In this document: positions 40,476 to 56,878 of the stretch, piece after piece | How the letters are laid out: each line of letters begins with the position of its first letter | How positions within the stretch are numbered: position 1 is the first letter of the stretch | DNA from: Chrysomallon squamiferum | Lineage: Eukaryota; Animalia; Mollusca | Assembly: GCA_012295275.1 (NCBI GenBank) | Contig: CM022678.1 | Coordinates: forward strand, 11,966,001 to 12,030,000 | Length of the DNA: 64,000 nt | Direction of reading: 5' to 3' | Program-made: the position numbers and the translations under genes | Notes under the pieces: model-generated | What the model saw: only the letters and a program-made list of their open reading frames with translations | What the model was told of the DNA's origin: nothing | Database searches by the model: none

Positions 40476-41316
40476 CCACAATGTGTGTGTGTGTGTGTGC
40501 AGGAGTGTTTGCGTGTGGAGAGAGGTTACTCTAACTAGGAGGAGTATCTAAAAAAAAACACGTAATTAAACAATTAAAGGAATCACAACAATCAGTCTAG
40601 TCACGAGGCACTTTGACTCTCGAAGGCGAGATGCGAATAACGTTACCAAAATTACAATAAAAAAAATCTCAACACATTTCTTGAACAAAGCAAGTTTATT
40701 TGTTCTTTAGAATGCCACATCAATCTGCTTCTAAGATTGTAAGTACTTTGCAGAAAATGAAATATTTATAAACAATTTTTGTTTAGACTTTAAATCTAGA
40801 ACTGAAAATATATTACAAAAAAAAATGAAATCAAGTACGTCAAAATTAGCAAGAACACATGCATGTGAGTATCTCCGAACTTCATAGAAGGGGAGTTATT
40901 AGGAAATTCTGCCTAAACTGATGATAGTGAAATCAAAGTATATCATCTTTTAATTATTCAAATCAAACCAGAAGGTGATTTTATTTGCTTTGGAAAGTTT
41001 ATTAAATCACTTACTTCAGATTTTCTGAGGTTCTATTTATGTACAAACACTGCCTGAGATGACGCACATTTGCACCGTTTCTATGACAACTGTAGAACAC
41101 ATTTCAACAGTATTTAACAATGTAATAATCACAGCTATCTTTGTCAGTTAAATTTCTTTGTTATAAACATCGCTATAAATAGCGACATTGTTTTACGATA
41201 AAATAGCTAAATGGCGGTCTGCTCCTGAAACATAACCTGCATGATCTACATGTTTGTTTTTAAAGTAGGGATGTCACATCATGATTTGTCACTGTTAATA
41301 CATGTATTTATTTATT

Positions 41317-41354
<38 letters not shown>

Positions 41355-42008
41355 CCTTTAAAGTAACAAAGAAATAAATGTTCGATTCGACGAATTCAGT
41401 AGTTTGCTTAATTACAATAATACATCGTCGTGTAGACTTGAACGTTCACTGCGGATCCCAGTATTTCCACGTCACATCCAGTATCAGTGAGAACTATCGA
41501 TGTTTTATCCTTGGACGTTTCTCTTTATAGAGGGTTTCCTCTCAAGACATTGTTCAGATAAAGTTAGCAGCTGTTAATAAAAGTAACAAATATATTTTGC
41601 ACCGGTTATGTACTGCTACTGCTACTATTGCTGCTACTACTAATAATAATACTACTACTACTACTCTTATTACTACTACTGCTACTACTACTCTTACTAC
41701 TACTGCTAATAATAATACTACTACTACTCTTATTACTACTACTGCTACTACTACTCTTATTACTACTACTACTACTACTACTAATAATAATAATAATAAT
41801 AATAACAATAACAATGATAACAATAAAGACACTGTAAATTAATTAAACTCATTCTATATCACATATTAAGCTATGCATTATAAAGCAGCGAATAAACAGA
41901 CAGGTAAACTCATGTTTGATCTGTATGAAGGTTTCAGCCTCCACTATTGCTGGATTTCATGCATACAACACTTTAAATGGCCATGATCACAACTAGTTGC
42001 TTTTTGTG

Positions 42009-42051
<43 letters not shown>

Positions 42052-42115
42052 TTATCTCAGCGAAAACCAGTGCTACACACTGGTATACAAAAGAATGTAG
42101 ATACACAAACACACA

Positions 42116-44760
<2,645 letters not shown>

Positions 44761-45582
44761 AAAATTAGTTTAGTAGTAGTAGTAACAGCAGCAGGAGTAG
44801 TAGTAGCAGTAGTAGTAATAGTAGTTGTAGTAGTAGTAGTAGGTGTAGGAGTAAAGCTGTAGCAGCAGCAGTAGAATTAACAACTGTAGCACTAGTACCA
44901 GAATGGTAGTAGTAGTGATAATAGTACTAATACTAGCAGTAGTAGGTAATAGTAGAAGTACTGATAGTGTGGTAGCAGTGGTAGAATTAGAAGTATATTA
45001 TCAGATATAGTAACAATAGTTAGCAGTGGTTGTAAAGCTCTTGAAGCAACAATACTGTCAGCAGGTGTAATGATGGTAGTGTTTGTAGTAACAGTAGTAA
45101 TAATGGTTGTAGTAGTAATTGTTGTTTGTTCTATTTGTAAAATGTTACAGAAGTTAAGCGACAATTTTACAAAAATGTTGCAGTAGCTGTTATATTACAG
45201 GTAACAGTGGTTGTAATAAGTAAATATATAAATACCACACCCCACCCGTTATTTAAACAAACCCGGACCTGGATGTTGTATTTCATGTTAAAGACAGAAG
45301 ATAAGTGTGTATTGTTGATTAGTTATCTTTCTTATTTGACATAAATAATTATCACTTTACTAAATAAGGCCAATCATTGTAACTGAAACACCTCACCTGA
45401 GTTTTATCTCCATCACGAGATGGTCAAAGTTCTCTTCAAGCGGGTATATTAGATCATGTATTTGTATCTTTGTCTCATAGAACTGAAAACTGGTTTCTAC
45501 GGTATTACAGCCTCATTGTCATCTCTTTGTTAGAAAATATTCAACCTGGTAAGAACTCCATTTTGTTTTATAAAATTGCATG

Positions 45583-45674
<92 letters not shown>

Positions 45675-46496
45675 ATTATCATCATCATCATCAACAACCT
45701 AACTTTCATTGTTGTTATTTTTAGCATTGTTAGCATTATTTATTTATTTATTTATTTACAAAAATACAATACAATATCTCTCGAAAAAACAACAACAACA
45801 AACAAACTAGGATATAAAAGCGATAGCATGAAAACAAACAAATATAATTAGAAAGAAAGACTAAAAAATAATAATAAAAATAGAATAGAATATGTATTCA
45901 TTTGAATGTCACTGTAAGTTCACGTTGATACCACAGTTATACAATGTACTGCGGTGTAATAATGTCGCTAATTTATTGATTTTCGTTCCGATTTACTAAA
46001 CTGATTTTATTTTATTTTAATTTTTACACACACACGCACATACACACATGCACACACAGTGAGAGGAACTTATTCATAAAACACACACATTACTTATTAG
46101 GCAAACCTAGAGTTTTCCCAGTATTCTTCCAGGCATTTTATTTTTCTGTTCTTATCCTTGTACGTTGACAAAGATAAATCATAAAGAACTGGTAACTTCT
46201 GCACGAGATGGATGAGTTGTTCATCTTCCATTTTCATGTATTGGGAAATAATCTTGTTTGTGATTGGTTAATATATTTTAGACGCTCGTGTAGCGCGACA
46301 AGAAATAGAAACAATTCCTATCGGTATTGTGTCGCGCGCTCGACTAGCTCAAACTGTCGCGTCGCACGCGCCCGATTAGGATACACCATTATGCAAGCAC
46401 TGAGCAGTAAATCTGAACTGAACTTTATTTACACTCAGGCCGCAATCTACGACATTATGAACAGACAGAATTTAATATAACTGTAACAATTATAAC

Positions 46497-46960
46497 AAGT
46501 ATGGCAACATCGTGGATTTACAATGATGTACGTAAGAATATAATATATACAATATGTCAATATATAAGCCAGAGGATTTTAAAACATTTCATAATTAGAT
46601 TACAGAAGATAGAACGTTTTCTAATCACACCAGCTTTGATGGAGTTAAATGATTTATAAAACTTATAAATGCTTGGTTTAGATTGAGAGAGTTAACGGTT
46701 CCTTTCATTCTTAAAAACAACAACATTCGTGTAAATACATAATGCAACTCATCTCCGATATCATAGTTATTACACAATGGACATATTCTCTTTTCTAATG
46801 GTTTATTTTTCAGTAGGATGATTATGATTTGAAAGTCTGAACCGTGACAATGGGCACCAGTATTTTCTCTCTGTAAGGTTGAAATATGTCGTGAATGTGA
46901 CAGCATTTTTAAATAGTTTATCATTTGAAGCTTTGGGCGAGATATCAATGACATAGTACC
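46497..46960 (-). mobile_element. 3' fragment of a non-LTR retrotransposon (ORF2 C-terminal CCHC knuckle plus 3' UTR); partial extra copy at 47127-47250
   Basis: Translates LEKRICPLCNNYDIGDELHYVF with frameshifts. Homologous to 53471-53940. Confidence 0.8.
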
Positions 46961-48359
46961 AGTATTGTAAATAGTGATCTATAAGCTAAAACATGATTTT
47001 AATATGGAAGCACTAGAAATACCATTAGACTGTGATATCCATATCATCGAGACTAGACTTACCATGTAATATTTATTTGTGATTAAAATGTTATTGTTTG
47101 ACGTCATTCAGTAACAGTGTGTACACTAGTATGGCAAGATCGTGGATTTACAATGATGTACGTAAGAATATAAGTTTTAGATAATCTAGTAGCACTGACG
47201 ACTGACGATTTTGTATATCAATATATCAGCCAGAGGATTTAAAACATTTCAATAATAACGAGATATTTCTAATTTTCTCTAGTATCAAGTTTTGATTTTC
47301 CAAGAAAAAAAAACTTTCTTGTAGTCTTTGTGGTTGCCATTATAAAAATTAAGACTTTCAGGTTTTTTTGTTGTTTTGTTTTCTTACTGTTTACTGCATA
47401 AATATTTTCCATGAATATCTATCTTCATTTTTTCCGATGTTATGTTTTAGTGAACAAAATATTAAATTACAAAATTCCCTGATTTTTTTTCCATGACTAA
47501 TCGCAGTCTTCCCATATATGAAGTGTTAGGTTTTAGATAATCTAGTAGCACTGACGACTGACGATTTTGTATATCAAGTAATAACACATCTTTTCCTGTG
47601 TCTGTTGCCCCTGAATTAAGGCGTTTATAGCGTTATTTTAAAAACAATTCCGAACGAATTAAAAAGACATATTAAAAATTTAGACCAGTTATTCACCTAT
47701 AGAAAAATAAAACTGTTTTATCTTGCTCGTTAAATACTGTCATCATTTTTAGTTTTCATTGTTTAGTTTATTATAAGTTTCGAGATCTTTAGTGACTACA
47801 TTTTGAGCGATTCATATATAGAGATTGTCAGTTTGAGTGACTGTATTCTTTTAGTGTTTGGGAATTAGGGATTTAAAGCGAAAGTATTGTGGAAACTTTT
47901 AGAAGAAATTAGTTAAAATACATTAATTTAGAAAATTGAACACGAGTTCAAAATGCTCCATATTTAAATATGAACAAATTTAAATAAAATATATTATTTT
48001 ATCATCTTATTATCACCTTTCAAACTAAAAGTCCTTAACGGTAGATGACTTAACCTACCAATCATTGAAATAACTTCGCCTATTATGTAGTCGCTCACAA
48101 GTTTAAACACGATACAATTTTGGCAGTTAAATATATTTTCTTTCTCTGTCCAACCACAAGGCAGTTGCTTTCTACATTATTATTTTCTAAATTAATTGAG
48201 TGAACAAACTATGTTAAGGTAGTTATTACTTTTCCAGCAGTTTACTTTATCAGATAAACAAAAAATGTCACGATTATTTTTTAACAAAAGAAACAATTTT
48301 TTTTTAGAAAACTTCAAATCTTTTACCCCTTTTCTACATGAAATGGTATCTTCCGCTCA

Positions 48360-48472
48360 GTAAGTGTCGTCTGTAAAAACCGGGCTTCACTACTGCAAGA
48401 GTAAATTGACATTGCAGACGAACAAGCGGAGAAAAAATTTCAGATCTTAAAATTTTCATTTCTCAAGACTAA
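48360..48472 (+). other. Possible 5' UTR exon of the TRIM-like gene
   Basis: Donor TAA|GTAAGT at 48473. The first coding exon begins at an acceptor 2 nt before its ATG, so an upstream exon is required. Confidence 0.35.
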
Positions 48473-48529
48473 GTAAGTCAAATTTATTATTATTATTGTT
48501 GTTGTTATTATTATTATTATTATTATTGA

Positions 48530-48570
<41 letters not shown>

Positions 48571-49126
48571 GTGTTCTAAGATATTTTAAAATATCATTTT
48601 CAAAGTCAATTACACGATTACTTTATCGTACGTGATATGCGATTATCAAGAAAAGTGGCTCGTCACACTGCGAGAAACGATTTCTTTTCTAGTGTGATAA
48701 ATTAACTTGCAGCATTCATGGATACTCACATATGTTTAGTTTGTTGGGTTTTTTGTGATTTTTTCTTTGCTTCATACAATTTATTACAGCCGACTTCGTT
48801 TATTATATTAGTATTGTCGTCCGCAATTTACAACAGACTGTCGTCTTCCTTCTCAAATTAAGGGTTACGTCACAAGGTTAAATTTAGCAAGTTCGTAATG
48901 AACTTTTATTTTACAAATAAGATTAAATAAATAAATAAACACGTTTTTTTAGTGTATTTATAATATGACATTTATTTGTATATACCATTGGTCGTATATG
49001 AATAAAGTGGAATTAATATGTAATTTTTACCGCCAGTCAGTTGTTTTCAATTATTATTATTATTATTACTTAGTTACATTTTCTTTTCTCTGTATTGTCT
49101 CTTAGTCTTCCCTGTTGTTGTTGTTA

Positions 49127-49176
<50 letters not shown>

Positions 49177-49184
49177 TCACAGAT

Positions 49185-49470
49185 ATGGCAACAGCTTCAA
49201 ACACCGATGATAACTTATCATGCTGTCTTTGCTTCGAGATTTTCGACAAGCCACGAGTTCTTTCTTGTGGACATTCGTTTTGTTCTAAATGCCTGCAGGA
49301 CTTTTTCAGTCACAATTACAACAACGACGATACAGAAATAAGCTGCCCGTTCTGCAGGCAGAATGTCCACATCCCAGACAGCACGAAACCAGTGTACACG
49401 TGGGCAGCTCAGTTTCCTATTAACAAGTCACTGGTCGACGCCATTAATGATCGGCTACAATCAAAGTTTT
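49185..49470 (+). CDS. TRIM-like E3 ubiquitin ligase, coding exon 1: C3HC4 RING
   Basis: CAG|AT ATG; CCLCFEIFDKPRVLSCGHSFCSKCL...CPFCR followed by FPINKSL; donor T|GTGAGT at 49471. Confidence 0.93.
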
Positions 49471-49700
49471 GTGAGTCAGCTGTGTTTAGGTCGATTACAA
49501 TAAAATAATTAAAACAGATATAGTGATTATTTAACTAAAGATATTTATGTCGAGTATTAACCATCGCAGCATAAAGAAAAAGAGGACATTTTATGTATAA
49601 CATTTTTCTACCCAGATTTTACATTGAATTGATAAAATAAATTCTCTAGCTCTTCACATTGTACGCATATCTTTATTAATAGCACTTGTACTGAATATAG

Positions 49701-49752
<52 letters not shown>

Positions 49753-49807
49753 TATTTAATCAGTTATTTAATCATGCATTCATTTATTTATTTACTTATT
49801 TATTTGT

Positions 49808-49842
<35 letters not shown>

Positions 49843-49848
49843 TTTCAG

Positions 49849-51335
49849 CTAAAAAGGGATGCAACATTTCAATTCTGACTTCTGTTTCTGAGATCCTCAA
49901 AAACTTTAAAGAAATTCTTCAGACAGAGATGGATGATCAGATTGAGCAACTTCGCCAAGCCGTCGACATCAACGTCGTGGACACCACAGAAGAGGTCAGA
50001 AGGATTGGTAACACACTAATAACAGATTTCACAGCCGCGGTCCACAAAGAACAAGATAGGCTAATAAGAGAAATAGAAAAATCTCAGAACTTTGTAAACT
50101 CACAAATAGACAAACTCTTTAGAGAACACAAACATCTGATTGATGAAAATGAAAAGTTTATAAAACTTGGTGAAAATTTGATAAAAGAAAAATCAGAGTC
50201 ACACATCAAATTAAATATTCATAAATTCACCAAACTTCAAAACACAACTTCCGAGTTTCTGACGAATTCTCTTTCACAAATAGAAAAAACAGAATTCAAA
50301 ATAAATCTCAGAAAATCTGATAAAAAGAAAGAAATGTCTGTACACATCGGTGAACTAATCACAAACATCCAAACAGACACACAGATACACAGAGTGACAG
50401 ACACACTCAAACATACAGACACCATTAACACAAAAACACAACTCACAGTCACACAGATAGACAAACAGACAGACACACTCAAACACACAGAAACACAACA
50501 AACAGACACACAGATAAACAAACAGACAGACACACTCAAACACACAGACACCATTAACACAGAAACACAAGAAGATAAAGAAAATCCTGTTGTGTCTTCC
50601 ATCCTCGTGTCAGGTGAGGACAAGAGTAAAATTGTTGTTAGTGATTTTAACAATAAATGTGTAAAATGTTTTTGTTTAGAAAGAAAATCACTGATAAACA
50701 AACACGTGACTTCCACTGGTCCATGCGGTCTTGCTGAGTCACGAGATCAGCGGGGTGATGTTGTTGTTGTCGTTGCTCTGCCACTTGAAAATAAAATATT
50801 GTTTTTAAATTTGGAAAACTTCAAACCGATAAAAACAATTACAACTGGTAAAGTGTATCTCTATATCGCTGTGTTACCTGGCAACCGTCTCGCGGTCACT
50901 GGTGGGGGGTTGTTTAGTCAGTACTTGGACATACTGACAGACAGTGGTCAGCTCATTAATTCTATCTCAACAGATTTGATCCCAAGTCCGTGCAGTCTCA
51001 CAGTTCACGATCAATGTCTGATTGTTGTGTCAAAGAGAGAAAACAGTTTATGTTGTGTGACGTCATCAGGTGACGTCAAATGGAAGTCACGTGATTCAGA
51101 CAAACTGAGATACTTGAGAGGTATTACACGTGACAGGGAGGGAAATATTTTTGTTTGTAGTAGAAATAGAAATTGTGTTGTTCAGTTGTCACGAGATGGT
51201 AACATTATACGTGACATCCTCACTGACCAGGAAGGACTGTCCGAACCTAGGTGTGTCTGTTGTGATGACAACAAACTCTACGTGGCACAGTATGATAACA
51301 ATGAAATAAAAATATTTACGTTGTGTAAAAAGTAA
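49849..51335 (+). CDS. TRIM-like E3 ligase, coding exon 2: coiled coil, T/D/Q/H-rich linker and NHL-like beta-propeller (TRIM2/3/71-like); spliced protein ~590 aa
   Basis: Acceptor TTTCAG|CT joins in phase 1 and reads in frame into the 49929 ORF. NHL-like motifs IVVSDFNNKCVK, LRGITRDREGNIFVCSRNRNCVVQLSRDG and GLSEPRCVC. AATAAA near 51706 and 51725. Confidence 0.92.
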
Positions 51336-53470
51336 ACTTCAAACTGTCTGCTAACTTAGTTCCACTGAGCTGTTTTGAAATTGAAAGTCCACAGACATTT
51401 CTTTCTTGTAAATAAACAGAAAATTAGTTATTTATTTACTGTAAGATAATTAATTTAGTTAATTTGTTTACTTTCTTTATTTTTATTTTTAAATATGTTA
51501 TTTATTTATTTATTATGAATTACTTTATCGTTTAACCTTGCTAAATTACAAAATACATTTCACTTTAAAACAAACTCTGATTTACTTTTGAAATTTTCAC
51601 CAAGTTTTGTCATATTAACTCTCTCTCTTATCTCATCTATTCTATTATTTTGTATAGTAGTTTGTTTCAAAGATTGTTTTATACAATGTAAACAGACAAA
51701 AGTGCAATAAAATATTTATATTGTAATAAATAAAATTCTTCTGTCTTTATTTGATTTAAATTTTAAAACTATTTTACATTGTTTCGTGATCTCTTTGTCT
51801 CTATAGGTAATATATGTATTCACCTAACTGTATGTATGTATGTATGTCTGTCTATATGTCTGTCTGTCTGTATGTCTGTCTATATGTCTGTCTATATGTA
51901 TGTCTGTATGTGTGTCTGTATAATATAATTAATGTGTATAATTCAGTATAACAAAGTAGTTCACTGATGAGATTTATTATAAATTTATTATTAACAGCTA
52001 ATACAGATTATTGTTTTTGAGATCCCTAGCATTTTCAACATGTGAAAAACCTCTGTGGCACTTTCCCCGCGGGTCGGGAGAAATGTTTCAACACGTGCAA
52101 AACGTGCGCGCCGTCGGCTCATGTGTGGGAAAAAAGTTTTGAACTTTTACATTTTTATTCTGCTTGACATATTTGATAAATTTCACTCTTAGACATGAAG
52201 TTAAGTTTAATTTTTTTGTTTTTTATTTTTTTAATCCAAAGAAAGAAAGAAATAAGACGAAAGAAGAAGAAAGACAAACACAGACACACATGAATACACA
52301 TACACACAGAAATACACACACACAAACATACACACAGATACACACACATATACACACACACATACACACAAAAACACACATCCACACAGACAGAGAGGGA
52401 AACGTTTTGTTTCTAAAATTATTTACCAGTGTAACCCATGCTAAACACAGAAAATAAAATACGAATAAGATTTATCCGTTTTATTTTTTTAGCTAATATT
52501 TTTACAGTCTCTAATTATTTTTATTTTTATTAGTTGTATCAGAATTAATATTAGTGACAATGTAACATTTCAGTTAAAACATATTTTTGTATTATTCAAC
52601 AGAAAGACTGATTTAATATTTGACCTTTTAATAATAATAATAATAATAATAATAATGTAATAATAATAACAAAGCAACAATACTAATAATTGCAATAACA
52701 ACAAGAACAGTTCAAACTTACAGCAATAATAATAATATAATAATAATTATTATTATAATAACAACAGCAACAATAATAATAATAATAATATTAACAATAA
52801 CATAATAATAATAACAGTAATAAGTTTTCTCATCTGTTCAGTCGCTGACAAATGTCTGTCAAGTACAAAACTCTTGAAAGACTGAACTGCTTGCTATCGT
52901 GTAATGATTTATGGTAAAAACGGCTTGAAACACTTTTATTACATTTTTTGGTATTAAATATTATTATTGTTAGTAATAGTAATAATAGTAGGAGCAGTTG
53001 TAGTAGAAGTAGTAGTAGTATAAATTGTAGCAGTAGCAGCGGTAATAGTACTTGTAGTTGTTGTAGAAGAGAGAGAGACTACTAAAAGACGGTTCTGTAA
53101 AATGAGACGATCCAAAGGAGATGAAGAGACAACCTGTAAGGCAGAGAACAGAAGACACAGACAGTGATTTGAGACACACATACACGTCTACATTCATTCG
53201 TACTATTCGTGTACGCATTAAACACGCATACCGCATACGGAAATGAAGACAATCGAACAAAACAACAGCAATCTCGTAATAAATATTTTGCTATATATAT
53301 TTATTCATTGATTGATTCATTCATCGATGTAAGAGTGAGTCAAGTACGCACGCAGACACGTTTCACAAACACAAATGCACAATGAACTGAACTGAACTGA
53401 ACTGAACGTTACTTACACTGAGGCCGTAGAACTACGGCATTTGAGGAGACATTCACACAAAATGTAATAT

Positions 53471-53940
53471 AAGTGTGGCAAGATGGTGGATTTACAATAA
53501 TGTACATAATAATAAAATACATACAACATATCAATAAATCAGCCTGCGTATTTGAAAAAAGGTTCATGATTGGATTACAGAAAATGGAACGTTTTTTTAA
53601 GAACACCAGGTTTTTTGAGAGTTAAATAATTTACAAAATTTATAAATACTTGATTTAGATTGACCGAAAAACGGTTACTTTGATTCTTAAAAAAACAACA
53701 ACAACAAAAAAAAACTTACATGTAAATATAAAATGAAACTCATTTCCGATGTCATAGTTATTACACAATGGACATATTCTATTTTCCAATGATTTTTCCA
53801 TATTCCCGTTTCAATAGGAAGATTATGATTTGGAAGTTTAAACCGCAACACTGGGTAGCAGTATTTTCTCGCCTATAAGGTTGAAACATGTCTGGAATGT
53901 GAAATTGTCTTTTAATTGTCTATAATGTGAAGCTTTGTAC
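53471..53940 (-). mobile_element. Second 3' LINE fragment of the same family
   Basis: The minus strand gives RFKLPNHNLPIETGIWKN, then after a frameshift LENRICPLCNNYDIGNEFHFIFTC, a typical LINE ORF2 C-terminus. Confidence 0.85.
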
Positions 53941-54207
53941 CAACACACTGACAGAGAGCAACACACTAATGTCCTGATCTGTCCAGTCACAGTAAGACCA
54001 ACCCTTTCTCTTATTTCCTACTTGGGTGACGACTGTAGTTTGTTGACATGAACTTTGGAACAACATGCGGCTCTAAGTTTGTAGATAAACAAACAAAATA
54101 AGAAAAGTTTATTCTTTTTCATTATTCTCAAATTTAAGCGATGTTTGGCCGCTTCAACAACCTTGTTAAGGACTCAGACTATACGCATGATATTTGACAG
54201 TTAAAAC

Positions 54208-54290
54208 AGGTAGGCAGGGGTAATTTTCCCGGGGCAAATGACCGGGGAAATTGACTAGGGGGAAATATCCGGGGGAATGCTCGGACACCC
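54208..54290 (+). repeat. G-tract repeat (GGGG(G)AAAT.TCC-like x5) ending in CGGACACC, probable DNA-transposon terminus remnant
   Basis: Five G4-5 runs spaced ~12-14 bp apart. Confidence 0.5.
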
Positions 54291-54489
54291 TTCTAAACAG
54301 TGTTGATACCACAAGCTACTCAGTGGTAAATAATACTGATACATGCAGTCCCAAAGAAAAAGTAATTCCTTAGCTTCTACTTAAGTCTTATTTTGCCGTA
54401 AACCCCCCAAAAAACAACAACAACAAAACAAACCTAACCTGAAAGCTGTTATTTAAAACAGATCAGTTGAAATAAACATTGCCAGAATC

Positions 54490-54830
54490 AAATCTTGCAC
54501 CAGTGTTGAGCTTTGTATATATGTGTATGTGTGGTTGTATTATGTATGTATGTATTGGTGTATGTCTGTATGTATGGGTATCTTTTGTGCGTTTTTATTA
54601 TGTGCGTATTTCTGTATTATGTGTGTATGTATTTGTGTATGTCTGTATGTATGTGTGTTTGTATTAAGTGTGTATGTATTTGTGTATGTCTGTATGTATG
54701 TGTGTTTGTATTAAGTGTGTATGTATTTGTGTATGTCTGTATGTATGGGTATCTTTTGTATGTTTGTATTATGTGCGTATTTGTGTATTATGTGTCTATG
54801 TGTTTGTATATGTCTACATGCATGCGTCCG
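54490..54830. repeat. TG/TA-rich minisatellite with ~44-65-bp units
   Basis: Recurrent GTGTGTATGTATTTGTGTATGTCTGTATGTATG. Confidence 0.85.
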
Positions 54831-56878
54831 TTCTTCTTTGTGTGGTATTTTTATGCATGTATTTTGTTATATGCTTACACAACTCAGTTTTTTCTATGTT
54901 CAGTATTTCAGAAACTGACTGCTTCTTGCTGAAAGTGGAAATCCTTCTTCAGCATTTTGATCTGCTATTGGTGATGTGATGTGATGGTATGTAGCATAAG
55001 TTTTATTTCTCTGTAACATTTGTAAGGAATTTATTGTATTTATGCAATAATTAAGTAGCTTAAAATTGTCAAGGATTTGGGAAAATAATGAAAAATGAAA
55101 AGATAAAATCATGCAAAACCTTTATTATTAGACAGGGTCCTTCATTAAATGGATTATTTATTTATTTATGATTTCAGTTTATTGTTTTTCTTCTTACTGT
55201 CATCATTATTATTATTAATATAATTTATTTATCTGTTTTAATCATCATTATTGTTATTTTTATTTTATTATTGTTATTATTATAAACATTTGTTCTATGG
55301 CTTCTGTGATGACGGCTAAATGTGATTGTCTTTTAAATTTCAGTATTTCACATATTTTTGTTATTTCACACAGTTCTCTGGTGTGAGACACTACAAGTCT
55401 ACCAGACTGTGAAGATCTCTGGTGAAACATTGGCTGACTACAATCTGAACAAACTGGAGGAAGGATCCCAGCTCTGTTATAAAATCTTCATTTACATCAG
55501 GTACTGCCCTTTTTGTTACAACTTGTTGTATTTGATTTAGATTCTTGAGAAAAACAGTTTTAATGTTATTCTACTGACAAAGATTACAGTCAGTAACAGT
55601 AAAATGATAGCAGCAATTCATCTGGCGACACAACATTTATGAATGTTGTATTTTGGAAATACAGATTTTTAAAATTGGTTTAAAATATAATATTATAAAT
55701 GGCTATTTATTTTTATTTATTTATTTTTTATTCTTATTATCTCATTTAAAAGTGCATACATGTCCAAGAAAAGAATGTTTTTAATTGTGTTTGTGACAGT
55801 AACTTCCTTTTCAAAAGAAAATCGAATTTTCTAAATTATAATATATTGTGTTTTAGAGTCAACTGTTAATTGTGGGACAACTCTAAAATTTTAGTAAAAA
55901 AAAAATATATATATTTTGTGTTTGTTTAGGAATGAAAATGAGTCATTTTAGTTTTTAATTTTTGAGGAAGTAAACAATTTTATAATTAACCATTTGCACT
56001 CATCTTTAATGTAAATATAACATAGGGTAAAAAGTTGCAGAATTTAACACACTTATTTAAGTTTGAAACTGCTTTACAGAATAATAAAATAATGTGTTAA
56101 TCATGGTGAAAGGGAAACAACGCTCACACAGAAAAAATAAAGAAAGTTAACAAAGAAACAAAACATAAAACAAAAACTAAACAACAAACTAACTAAATTT
56201 GTATTCCATTTTGTTCTCAAAACATTTCCACACGTTTAGAAAAGAGAAAAAGGTCCTTTATTTTACACACTGACAGTTCTTTTTATCTGCACATCTTTTG
56301 ATTATTTATAATAATAATTTTTTTTAAAACTAATAAGAAATTAAATACTACAATAGTATGTTAATTTTTAAAAAACATCAGATGTGACTAGCCAGCATGA
56401 TATGAGTCAGATATCACATTGTGTAGTTTCAGTAATGAAATTAAGATAAAGGGCAGTAAACTGTAGATTGTATGACAACCTTCCTCTCATTCCTCAATAC
56501 CAGCACATCATGTAAAGAAGTCAAAAGAGTGCACACATTTTCCAAACTAACTTTCAGCTACAAGCCTAGATTTTTGTGAAAGCTTGGAATTCTGCCCAAT
56601 GAGATAATATTTTAAATGATTATAATGCTGAAAATGTTGAAGCATTAATACAAGATTATTCTATATATACGGAAATGTTTTAATGTGTGATAAACAAAAA
56701 TACAGAAAAATACAGCTGAAGACTTTAAATAGTGGTGATGTCTTTTCTTCTCAACCAACATCTCATTTTATGTTTTTAATGTTGTTTAATGAGTATTAAA
56801 TTACTTCTGTTTAATCAGGTATTTCTAGTTTAATGCATTCAGTCAAAAATTTATATTTTGTGAATTTGTTTTTAAAAT

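Noticed and set aside
40918-40940. CTGATGA-TAGT-GAAA minimal hammerhead core
   Set aside because: No stem III or stem I complementarity around it.
50237-50716. 159-aa antisense ORF inside the TRIM exon
   Set aside because: It is the shadow of the repetitive linker on the coding strand.
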